From: Syncephalis fuscata S228
Taxonomy: Eukaryota > Fungi > Zoopagomycota
DNA length: 64,000 bases
Reading direction: 5' to 3'
Assembly (NCBI GenBank): GCA_025786725.1
Contig: JAHLTZ010000043.1
Span: forward strand, 1-64,000
Of the stretch, positions 52,647 through 64,000 are shown piece after piece. Position 1 is the first letter of the stretch; every line of letters begins with the position of its first letter. The translations under genes were made by a program, and so were the position numbers. The notes beneath the pieces are model-generated. The model was not told the DNA's origin. It worked only from the letters and a program-made list of their open reading frames with translations, and did no database searches.

Positions 52647-55600
52647 TTATCGCTTCTTTTGCATTCTCTGCTGCTTGACCTTGGACTGACGAAGCTGAAT
52701 CTGCAATGATACGCGCATCCAAGTATTAGCCGCCAATAATCTGTTGGTGCACTGAAGTAGGTGCATGCATGCTTACCTGTTTGTCACGTAGCGACATTTT
52801 CGCCTTTTGTTTAACTGTACGCTGATGGATCACCATCATATATGCCTTTGTCTTGCGCTTCTCCTATAGATTTATTTATTCAGTTATATTAGCATCAATT
52901 ATGTTGTTTAATAGATTAATGAATTGATAAATTGATAAATTGATAGATTGGTATATTGATAGGGACAAATATTGTAGTAAACTCACCTTATTCGTTGTAC
53001 TATGGCCTTCTGATCGCTGTTTCTTACAGCCATACTTCTCACGTCCATCACGGCCCGACTATCAATAATAGATTCATATGCACAAATGCGTGTAAGCTAT
53101 CACTGCATATTACCGACTATGGTCTTTCTCTTCATTTCTTACCTGAATCGAGGCCATTCTTTCGTCATAGTCATGCTTGGACCGTTTACGGAAGGCTAGA
53201 ATTGCCGATTCATCCACTACCTCACCGTTGCCCTCTTCATCCTCGTCATTCTGTTCCATGTCGTCATCGCTAGCCTTGTCAAGTAGATCTGAGATATCCA
53301 TTTCACTAGAATAGATGATGGATCAGTAAGAGGAATGAGAAAGTTTTGAGGTATCTACCTATCAAGAGTATTCTTTTTCTTTTGTTGTTGTTGTAATTTG
53401 GCATGTGCTTGTTTACGCATTTGCAATTCTTTTAATCGGGCAAAATCTTTAGATGTTAAAATCTAATAAATTGTGCAAGTGTTATAATATTGTTAATTAG
53501 CTAATTAGAATTATTTACCTTTGTGGTAAGTAGATTTGATTTAGTAATTGGTACCAATTGAGGTGCTTCTTCATTTTCCTCATTCTCTTCGTCCTCCTCC
53601 TCTTCTTCGTCGTCTTCCTCTTCTTCGTCGTCTGAAGCTACTTCCCATTCATCTTCATTATCTAATAAATAGTCAATATTTATAATTCTATTTATCAATA
53701 CTATTTACCTAAATCTAATTCTTCACTATCCATATCGTCTTCTTCTTCTTCTTCTTCTTCTTCCATTTCATCTTCGCTATTTTCACCTTCTACTTGCTTC
53801 TTCGGTTTTGCTGATGTCTTCGATTTTAATTTATGTGCTGTCTTCAATTGTTCGTACTCTTCCAATAACTAAAATAGGTTGAGTCTACTGTTTCTTTACT
53901 ATTAACAGTGGCTTACCTCTATATCGTCTAATAAATCTGAAGCCTGTTCTTGACCAAATTGTAGAGCTTGGAATGATTTACGAGCCAATACCGCATCTTT
54001 TCCCTATATACAGCCATAAGTTATTTAGCTATATAATAATATTATATAACTACTTACTCTATCACGCTTCTTCAATAGTTCAGGATTAATGGTACGGAAT
54101 AGAGTGATAAGACTGCGAGCAGCCATCATAACACCTATTATATATAATAATTATAGTGTTAGATTAATTAACTATCAACTATATATTATATTACCTTTAT
54201 CACGATGTGATTTGTACTCTATTAAATCTTGTAAAAGTGTATCGTTCATGGCTAGTGGGCAACGAGTACACACTTCACGAATGCTATTGATACCGGCACA
54301 GACCACCTCAGAACTAACTCTCTCGACGACAAAGTTATTAGCTATGGCCATTAAAACAGGTTCAATAGCATCAGGTGGGACAAGACTGTGTGAGGCTTGT
54401 GCAGTGGCTGCCAAAATAGTAGTAACATCTTGCTGATGTGGTTTCAAATAATTGATAATATACGTAAAGAATTGTAATAAAATCAATTTATGGATACCCA
54501 ACACACGGGCCAGTAATTTGATAAATAATAAACGTGTATCATATGGCATATGTGTGCCAGATAGTCGTTTGTATAAACGCTCAGCAAATCCTATACATTT
54601 ATTAGATATACTATATATACACATATATATATATACATTATGTATAATTAGCTTTTAATTACCTTGTGGATCATTAAGTTGGTGTAGAGCAGAAAAGTTA
54701 AATGATTCAACCTTGGCTTTACCGCGCTCTTTCTAATATAAATAATATATGCCTATTATTATTACTACTACTATTATTATATATAATATACTTACCTTTC
54801 GAATCGTTGCCATAGCCTTGTTCATTTGTGTAGTCTTTGCTTTGGTCTTCTTGCCTACAAGTTGTTTATGTTGTAATGACCGTAGATCTGGTGTCTCTCC
54901 CTATTTATTATATAAGTACTTTTCATCTATCCATATAGTATAATTACCTCAGAATCTGATGGCTCTTCTGGCTTCTCATCCGCTCCTAAAAAGAACTGTA
55001 CACCCATAGTGGCAATACGTGGTACAGTGGAGAAACAAGCATGTGCCAATACATTTACGGTTTTCTGATCGTGCCTATATAATAAATTAATACACTATTA
55101 ATTATGACATTAAAAGACTTACCAAACATTCTTCTTATACAGCTCAACACAGACTTCAACTGCCTTCTTACCACATACAGCGTGGTTGCCGCCTTGTTCG
55201 GCATTCTCCAACAACTTATACATATGATTCTGGAGCACCTTATTTAATTTGTTATTCTTGGTTTTTTGATTAGCCACGCGAATATCATTAACAATATGCG
55301 TATAGAGCATCTCTCGTAGTTGTTTGTCACGGCATCGAAATAGATCAAAGAACAATGACAGCAATCTATATTAACATAGCCTATTAGCATACTAGTGCAT
55401 TAATACTATAAACAAACTCACGTTAAACTATCAATGATCTGCTTATTACGCAGTAGAACAAGACATTGTACCATTGCTTTGCGTACATCTGGCATAAGAA
55501 CGAGTGGATATTCACGCAACAGAGTTATAATTTGTTGAGGAAAAGCAGCCGCCTCTTTAGGATAGCAAGGTGCAACATGAGCTAGAAATGTAACTAGATC

Positions 55601-55774
55601 TTGGAATTCTTTGGCTTCTGCGTCAGGCTTCAACTGGAAAATAGCGAGAGAAGACTCGTAGTGGCGCCATTGTTGAAGGAATTCTTCTCTGTAGGAAGGT
55701 GGATCTCGTTTAATAAGATTCTGTAATTGTGGCAAGTTGGTGGGCAATAGAGCTGCCCGACTACGTTTAACCAT
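52647..55774 (-). CDS. SDA1: SDA1 (60S ribosome biogenesis factor)
   Basis: MVKRSRAALLPTNLPQLQNLIKRDPPSYREEFLQQWRHYES, NFSALHQLNDPQGFAERL, HSLVPPDAIEP, acidic linker, ERMASIQAGREGREKYG. Confidence 0.96.
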
Positions 55775-56144
55775 TACAATAACTGTAATAGTAGGTATAA
55801 GCGTATACTATAAAAGAGAAAATATCTAGCTATTGGTTATACAGAGTGGCCACTTGCTGTACTAGCAATAACGTTAAACTAGAGCCGATAAACGATATAA
55901 ATGAAATAAAAGTCTTTTTTTTCTTTTTTCTTTTATATCTAATTAACTCAACAATATAATGATTATAACTACCGCTATTAATTACTGATTACTAAACTCC
56001 ATTCTATCAAAAACACACCACACACAAATTGTAGCTTGTTGTTGACACCATCACAGATTGTTTATGTATTGAAGGTGGCTTTTTTGAACTGGATTACACT
56101 CTATAATATATAACAAGTCAAAAAGTAGTTCTATTATTGCTATT

Positions 56145-57250
56145 ATGGTGCTTTATTTTACTAGTACAGGTAATTCAACAATAGTAACATGTATAAACAA
56201 ATAGTTGAAATTAATACCGTCTATTACGCTGTATTGTTGTAGCTACAACACCACCCTGTCTGATTTATATGGGTCGAGACAAATATGAGAGTAGGTATCA
56301 GTAGTAATAAATGGATAACAAACTAGTTAATATCTAACAAAATTAAATAGACGAGGATCTAATTAAATATGGTTGGGAGGAAGATGTTTGGTAAGTATTA
56401 TAATAAACTTTTGATTATACAATCTAACTAATCTATTATTACTACGCTATGACTATGTTATGGTAACTTTAGGGTAAATATCTACTATGTATATTGTTAC
56501 TATTAGCTTATCCGCCTATCTATTTAGTTCCATGTTGATAAATTGTCTAGTGCTCACGTTTATGTCCGTCTTTCTCAAGATTTACAATGGGATGATTTAC
56601 CAGCAGAATTACTGATTGATTGTGCACAACTTGTCAAGGCCAATAGTATTGAAGGTAGATAATCTATAAATACCAAGTTACGTAACTTTCATAATATTTA
56701 CTAAACTTTAGGTAACAAATTGAATAATATTCGTATTGTTTATACACCATGGAGTAATCTTAAAAAGACGGGCGATATGGCCGTGGGTCAAGTCAGTTTT
56801 CATAATCACAAATTAGTAAGTCATTAATAATAACAGTAATACAATAAAAGCAATGATAATAATAACAATAATGATGAATTAGGTGCGCCGTGTTAATGTT
56901 GACAAACGTATTAATGAGATGTTAATCGATTAAATAAAACAAAAGAAGAGAAATATCCAGATTTAATGGATGAACGACAGCAGCATGAGAAGAAGAAGCG
57001 ACGTGCTCAAAAAGATCAAGAACTAAAACAGGTAAATATGAATAATAACAGTAATAGTAATCAATTAGATAAAAATGAATGGCGTACTAATTGAATATAA
57101 TAGCGACAAGAAGAGGAAAAGTTGAAAGAAGAAGGACGTAAGGCGAAGGAACAACAATCTTATTCGGATCTATTTGATTATGCTGAAATGTCAACTAATA
57201 CAGCACGTCAATATACATCGGTCGAAGAAGCTGAAGATGATTTTATGTAG
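56145..57250 (+). CDS. CCDC25: CCDC25/Jlp2 (NFACT-R RNA-binding domain protein); -1 indel near 56918
   Basis: [84 protein letters not shown]-terminal EDDFM*. Confidence 0.95.
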
Positions 57251-57334
57251 CCCAGTACAACAATAAAGACCGATCATTTCATACATCGTAGTCATTAGCA
57301 TTATGTATTTATATCCATTAACAATGGAATTTAT

Positions 57335-58997
57335 TTAACCAAACATTTTACCATAAACTTCACGCTCCTTTTCCTTACGAGCCTTTAATCGCTATTTCGT
57401 GCATGTATATTTAAGTTAATTTAATGTAAATTAATTATTCTACAGATATTTCCTTACCTTTTGGGCTACTTGTAATTCACGTGCAATACCGGCATCTTCA
57501 GTGACACTTAATCGTCGTGCTTCAGTAAGATCGGCAATGGCATCTTCATAGGCCTTTAAGTGATTACGGGCCGTACCACGACGGAAATAGGCTTTGGTTA
57601 AGTCTTTGTCGGCAGCTCCTTCCGTCTCAATGATAACTGAACTATCGGTAACGGCGCGCTGGTAATCTTCGAGTTTAAGTGCCGCTGCTGCTCGATTTAG
57701 ATAGCAAGGCAGTTTAGCAGCAATCCACTGCTTCTTCAACTCGTCGGTATCTTCATCCGCGAATATTGGACGCTCATTAATATAATTAATGGCCTAGAAT
57801 AATAATTAATATTACAGATATAGGTATACTTGTAGTTACGATTGTATTTACCTTTGTATATTTGTCAAATGCTTTCTTATACTCGGCCTTACTAAAGAAT
57901 GAATTACCAAGTGCTTTGATTTCCTAAATAATGGTACAAATGAATATAAACAATCACTTGACTGATATGTGGTAGATTACACCTACATTAATGATCTTAA
58001 TCAATGATTCAGCCTCTTTATCGCCCTCATAGTCATCTATAATAACATTTAGTTAGTTAATAATTACAGCTTATCAACTTTTAATAAACATACCTGGAAA
58101 GTCTGGATAGGCATCGCCATCAGGTGCCACATTGGGTACACCGTCATCCTCGCCTTCCTTTAATTCACCACAGTCGGCAATAACAACATCCTCAACCGGT
58201 CGGTCGTTGCTATCGGTTGCGGTGTGCTCAATGGTACGTAGTAGATTGCGGTTCTTAATTAGCTTTCCAAATACGACATGCTTATCATCAAGATGTGGTG
58301 TCTACAAATGATAGGTTAGCAATGCTACCTATGGCCTGTCCATAATAGTCCCCACCAATGCGGTTGTGATAAAGAACTGGGATCCATTTGTATTAGGACC
58401 GGCATTGGCCATTGAAAGTAGACCGATCGTGTCATGCTTGTGGGCAAAGTTTTCATCTAATAAGTTGCAACATAAGACAATGTATATAAACCAGTGCTGT
58501 ATTATAATTACCAGCAAATTTCTCGCCATAAATACTTTCACCGCCAGTGCCATTCTGTGCTGTAAAATCGCCTCCTTGACACATAAACCCCTAGATATTT
58601 GAATTAATACCAGTGATAATGACAGTATAAAGTATGTTCAGCAAGTCGTTCGTCTTACCTTAATAACACGATGGAAGGGACAGCCCTTGTAGTGCAGTGG
58701 TTTGCCCGCTTCGCCTACACCACGTTCGCCTAGTGGCATTCAGTAGTATGGCTGTCAAGCACTTGCTTCTTTATTATGTTAATACACCACTTACCAGTAC
58801 ACAAAGCACGAAAGTTCTCGGCTGTTTTAGGCACTTGGTCGGCAAACTATTGTTTTCGTGGATAGTCTGTCAATATACAGCTATACTATATGCTCTATAG
58901 GACCTCTTGGCCATATCATACTTGCCAGCTCAAATACCAAGCGACCTGCTGGCTTGCCACCAATAGTAATGTCAAAATAACAGCGTGGATTAGACAT
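57335..58997 (-). CDS. CPR6: Cyclophilin-40 (PPIase + TPR Hsp90 co-chaperone)
   Basis: [63 protein letters not shown], TPRs ([19 protein letters not shown]), C-terminal YGKMFG*. Confidence 0.96.
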
Positions 58998-59315
58998 AAT
59001 AACACACTAATCAATAAGATTCAAGCTAAACCAAAGTAAAACAGAACAATAAAACACAAAAGTGCAATGATAACAGGAGTAGTAGTAGTAGTAGAGTAAG
59101 AGCAACAATAAAGAGGGTAAAAGAAAATAACGCGATAACTTATAGAATAGAAATAGAATTTTCCAGAAAGTTCATTTTTAGTTACGTCATTTAGTAATTA
59201 TTTCATAAGCATGCTTATTTTCTGTATTATAGTAAAATATCATTTTTTACTGTCAATATGTGTTTGCTCGTGTAGTGTACTAATAATACTATAACCCATC
59301 GTACCATTACAGCCA

Positions 59316-60222
59316 CTAGTGGTGACGACCAGGACTGGCAGATCGTCCATCACGACGTCTTCGGTGATCTCCACCATCATTTCTATACAAATGAATCAAT
59401 TATTATATAACATTATTAATAACTTGTATAGGTACAACTATATAAACAAAATACTTACCGACGGCCACGACGTTCATTATCCTCTTTACCAGGCCTTACA
59501 AATGCAAAATCACAATGAATTACTTCTCCAAGCATTTCTTTGCCATTTTCCTCATCAATGGCTGCTCTGGCCTCCTTGTAAGTTTCGTATTCTATTAGTG
59601 CATATCCCTACAATTCCGTATAAATCAACATTACTATTAGTAACAATAGCTCAACAGCTGCTATATCTTCTTCTTACTTTAACATAACCGGTACGACGGT
59701 CCAAATTAAGATGGAGATTTTCAATGGCACCATAGTCGGCAAACCGTTCAGATACTTCTTCCTCGGTTGCTTCTTCATGTACACCTGTGACCAATACAAT
59801 CCAACCTTCGACCGCTGTAGTAGGAGTATTCAATAAATAAACGTGTCAGTATATACTCTAGTCTGATGTTCTATGTCACTTGCATCGCTGGGCCCGCTCA
59901 GTGCTTCGTTCGTCGGATGTGGCCGTTTCGAATTTGGCATCGCTAAGAATACCATCTCGATGGACTAAATACGATTAGTTATACGCTAGATAAAGAGTAA
60001 ACATACTACCTACTTTCATCGCGATTCTGGAAGCCTCGGCCTTTACGACGCACTGCAGGCTTTGACTCGGAATCTAAACAATAGCATGGATAGAGCGAAT
60101 ACGGTTAGCATTGTTGGAATTTAAAAACAATTGCAACGTGTCTATAGCCTACCAGATAGCGATTCTTTAACATCGATCTGCATCGTATCGTCAAGCGTGT
60201 CCTGAGCGTGATCGGTCTCCAT
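59316..60222 (-). CDS. RBM8A: RNA-binding protein 8A / Y14 (exon junction complex)
   Basis: [62 protein letters not shown]. Confidence 0.96.
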
Positions 60223-60505
60223 GATTACAATAAGCAATTGATTCAGACGTAGCAATAAGAAAAGGAAAGTGAAAATAAGAAAGCTTGGTGAAAATTGGAT
60301 TAATTGATGGTATTTTCATGTAAACCATTGTATTAACTTTCTATTTAACACTATTTACGTATTTGCAATTCAGTTGACATTGGTTTGTTACTCTTATAAC
60401 TGATTGTAACAAATTAGAAAGTCTAAAATACTAAAGGGCTATTTTAATTGCTTATATATGATAATTAAGCTATCACTGGCATTGCAACAATAGTTAGACC
60501 AAGTT

Positions 60506-61059
60506 ATGGATCCGCTGCAAGCACCAATATTTCATCCTTCGAGAAGTCCTCAATACTTGAGTGAGTCGGATAATGATGCCCAGTCGGTATACAAGCATCG
60601 CCTTTCACGTCGTAAAACACATTTATCGAATAAATCGCGACGAAAACAAAAAAAAACGAATCGAAAAGGACGGCGATCACAATATTATCGACGAAGATCA
60701 AGCAGTACTTCGGAAATAGATAGTGTTTCCACGCTAAGTGATACCGATAAAGAAATAGGTGCTAGTTTGGACTCTGCTGTCGAGAGTGATGATGAGGAAG
60801 AAGAACAGCAATTGACTTTGGCTACAGCTCGTACACCACTTCAAAAGCTTTATGTACTAACTCGCGACCATATTCTACTTCCATTTGTACACGGGTTCTT
60901 TTGGGGATTGGCTGCTAACGTGTATCGTTGGACCTATACACGATGGCTACGTGGGCCAGATCAGCGCATATTAGCAGTAGTAAACGGCAACAACTAAGCC
61001 AGAGTGTAGAGCGACAAGCTGAGGGAACAGGCTTGGGCATTGGATTAGGTGCTATGTAA
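60506..61059 (+). CDS. Mim1/Tom13-like mitochondrial outer-membrane protein; probable -1 indel near 60990 (as assembled the ORF stops at 60997)
   Basis: Single hydrophobic segment HILLPFVHGFFWGLAAN resembles the Mim1 core (NLLLPFINGxMLGFG), preceded by a charged disordered region. Confidence 0.5.
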
Positions 61060-61886
61060 TTAGTATAACTAAAAGTTACTATTATTATTAAAGATTATTA
61101 TTATTGTTAATTGACAATAGTCATAATTAATATTAGTGTTATAACCCTTTTTTTTAGAAATTGTAACTTAGGTAAACAAGCAATTATTTGTAAATGTCAG
61201 CTTACTGTTTATTTGCTTATTATTTTATACGCCCAATGGCTTTAGCACTGCTAATCGCCATATCAGTTTGTACATCCATCATACTATTTTATTGATTTAT
61301 TTTATAAAACTAAAGGCTGTCCAAACTCGTTGTCTATTTAGTTCTAGCTGTATCATTAGTAAATTCTAACGCATTGAGCTTATTAAACTATATGTATATC
61401 TATTTAAAACTTTTAGCAAATAAAATGATGTATATATTGATATGGAATAGAATGGGAGCAATATAGGTAAATGGAGGTTATATACATGCTGGATACTAAA
61501 TTTATGGTAATGATTATTTTGATGATTGATGCCACTCACCATTCAGCTCCATTGTCGTGAGTCCAGAAATAATAATATTTCTTAGATTGCTTAACATGGT
61601 TATATTAAAACATTGTATTTATTTATAGTGAGCGTGTGCTACACATGATTTGCCCAATTTATAATAAAGCATTGGTTTTATTCTATTCTATTTATTAGTT
61701 AGTTGTCTTATTCATAACAGCATTATATCATCTTTTATTTATCATAATAATTGATAATTGCAGTTGAACAATATTAGTATAAATAAAGTAAATTTACTTC
61801 AATAACACAGTATGCATAGCTTTAAAAACAACCAATATTTATTATATATTTGTAATGTGCTTATTAGCAACGTGCTTCGAATAGGA

Positions 61887-63298
61887 TTATTGTTTCTTTG
61901 ATAAAAGATTGCTCGCAGAATTTCGCATCCAATCGACTGCCATGCCAGATTTTGTACGAGTGATGGGTCTACGTATTAGAGCATTCTTATCAATGGCCTG
62001 TATAAGCGCTAGACACACATTGTCTTGGTTATTGTAAATCGAGTTCATCATTGTAATAGTTTTAAGTAGCATGTTGGCCGAATTTTTATCTAGACTAGGG
62101 CTGGGATAGCTTGGCGTGTCGTTTAAATTATCAGGTAGTGGTGTGCCATCTAATGGAACGTAGCGGTACGTGGTACGTGCTTCTTTTATCAATTTGGCTA
62201 TATTGTCAGGTGTTTGCCCGGCAATGGGTCAAATATGGCCCTAAAAATATTTTCTAAGGCTTTATAGGCTCCTGGTCGCAACTTATCCTCGAAAGGAGGG
62301 GGCGTTCCTGTAATGGATGTGTACATCTTTTCAACAAACTTGACGTTTTCCGTGCGACATAGCATAGATGCAAACAGTGGGTTAAGCTTATCGAGAGGTG
62401 TAAGGTTATTTGTTTCCAAAATGCTCTTCTTTTCATCGACTATCAGACGCGTCAGATCATAGTCGACTACGGTAGCTTTGATTGTTTTTGACCCGCCAAT
62501 CTGTTCAACAAGAATATCTATACACATCGTTAGCTTATTAAACGTATCTAATTTATAAGCTTACTATCGTGAATAATGTCATTGTGCACAAGATTAGCAT
62601 AGCGCAAATACATAAGGCCTATTAATTGTTAGCAAAGCGTATATAATAGATAGCAATGCATACTAACCTTGTATACTTTGCATCATTATTTGAGGTAAGA
62701 AGATGGCTTTGTCCTCCCAGGATTTCTTTTGAAGGAACACATCCGATCCAACACCATTGGCAAGCGTGTAAATAAAGCAGAGTGTATTGTGCGGTTCAAT
62801 AGTTTTTGGGACCTTAAAACTATACAAAGGATGCTGAATATAAGGCGCATAGACTTTTGCAGCATCTTTAAGCAAAGAATCTGCTTTTTCTAGTACCTAA
62901 AAATATTCATTAATTAGCACTTTACAATAATAACTACACAAATCACTACCTTAAAAGTTTTAGCTTCGTATATAAAATTTGCAGCTTCTGCCATGCACTT
63001 GAGAAATCCTGGCTGTCCATTCCACTCCACTTTTGCCACATTTATCGATATGTTGCCACCAACCCAATCAAGCTTCGTTATTTTTTGTGTCTTCATGTTG
63101 TTGGCATCACTTAAATATTTGTAGCCTGGCCATTGGGATTAACCTTGGTTTCTAGTTCATAGGTCAGTTACCATTAATTATTACATTTATTTTATACTTA
63201 CCGTCGAGCTCTGTGCCAATAGCATCAGTTTCTGCCGTCTTGAAAGTGGCAGCTATAACGCAAGCAGCGACGATAGAAAATAAGCAGAGTCTGGCCAT
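61887..63298 (-). CDS. Secreted protein-kinase-fold protein, catalytic residues largely retained (copy 3); -1 indel near 62213
   Basis: Signal peptide MARLCLFSIVAACVIAATFKTA; GFLKC (beta3 Lys); YEAKTF (alphaC Glu); DKAIFLPQIMMQSIQGLMYLRYANLVHNDIIHDNILV (catalytic loop); VVDYDL (DFG-like). Confidence 0.8.
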
Positions 63299-63454
63299 AT
63301 TGTTGAGTGTCGTTTCAATCAATGTTGTCTATTTTAAAAGAGAAGAGAAAAGAGGGTAGAAAGATGTGATAAAGATGTAAGCTTGGAATAAGACTTATTA
63401 CCGCCATATTTATACTGGAATAAAAAGATAAATTTGAAAACACATTAAGATAGT

Positions 63455-63645
63455 TACAAATGCATTTGACAATCTAAAACATTTTTGCATGCCAGAAAGC
63501 ATATTTAGTAATGCAAATACGCATTTGACAATCTAAAACATTTTTGCATGTCAGAAAGCGCATTTAGTAATGCAAATACGTATTCGGCAATTGTAAACGC
63601 GTTTGATAGCCATAAACGTATTGACGATACAGAAGCGTAATTATT
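63455..63645. repeat. Tandem repeat: ~59-bp unit x2 plus degenerate copies, with ~20-bp sub-period
   Basis: gcatttgacaatctaaaacatttttgcatg(c/t)cagaaagc..atttagtaatgcaaatac occurs twice (63462 and 63521), followed by decayed AAAcGcATTTG-like units. Confidence 0.85.
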
Positions 63646-64000
63646 TAATTAAAGACTACTATTTATAGTGCGTTAATTAAAATAAAATTTCTTTATTTTA
63701 AAAAAGTCATGCAATGGAATGCTGAAAGAAATTTTATTGTAAAAATACATGGCTAAATGATCCATTTGAGCCAAGTTAGCTTTTATAACAATTTTTATTC
63801 AATAGATAGTAACAAGTAACTGTTGGTTTGTAAATAACCACGTATTCTTGTTTTAACTTATTTTACTATAGCTCTATTTAAATATAATGTTCAGTATTGT
63901 AATAATGTTACAATTCTGATGATACAATCATATTGTTATGATAGTATAACTAATAAATAGACCATATAACTGAATAATTTGTTAAAATCATATTTTAACA

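Noticed and set aside
63455-63645. CRISPR-like array
   Set aside because: Eukaryotic context; units are contiguous and degenerate, with no unique spacers and no cas genes.

Overview
AT-rich, intron-dense eukaryotic DNA (mostly 45-80 nt GT-AG introns) from an early-diverging fungus. A Zoopagomycota mycoparasite such as Syncephalis is my inference from intron style and lineage-type gene families; it is not proven. About 18 spliced protein genes were reconstructed by hand. Housekeeping genes: phospholipase D, DCAF11/WDR23, URM1, FEX fluoride exporter, HMG-CoA reductase, CBP20, Opi1-like, SDA1, CCDC25, cyclophilin-40, Y14 and Mim1-like. A very large DUF2433 phosphoesterase-like protein carries five RRMs. 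An accessory region (~26-40 kb) holds two secreted RNase T2s, two signal-peptide pseudokinases and an intronless F-box gene, interleaved with segmental duplications. A third, divergent RNase T2 lies at 18.4 kb and a third secreted kinase at 62 kb. Most notable: an unannotated ~600-nt highly structured noncoding element at 24.0-24.6 kb with a possible pseudoknot, a candidate single-nucleotide exon in CCDC25, a 9-nt exon carrying the PLD catalytic His, an RNase T2 without a signal peptide and with a mitochondrial-like N-terminus, and six GC-AG introns. About 13 single-base frameshifts in short homopolymers are most likely assembly errors.
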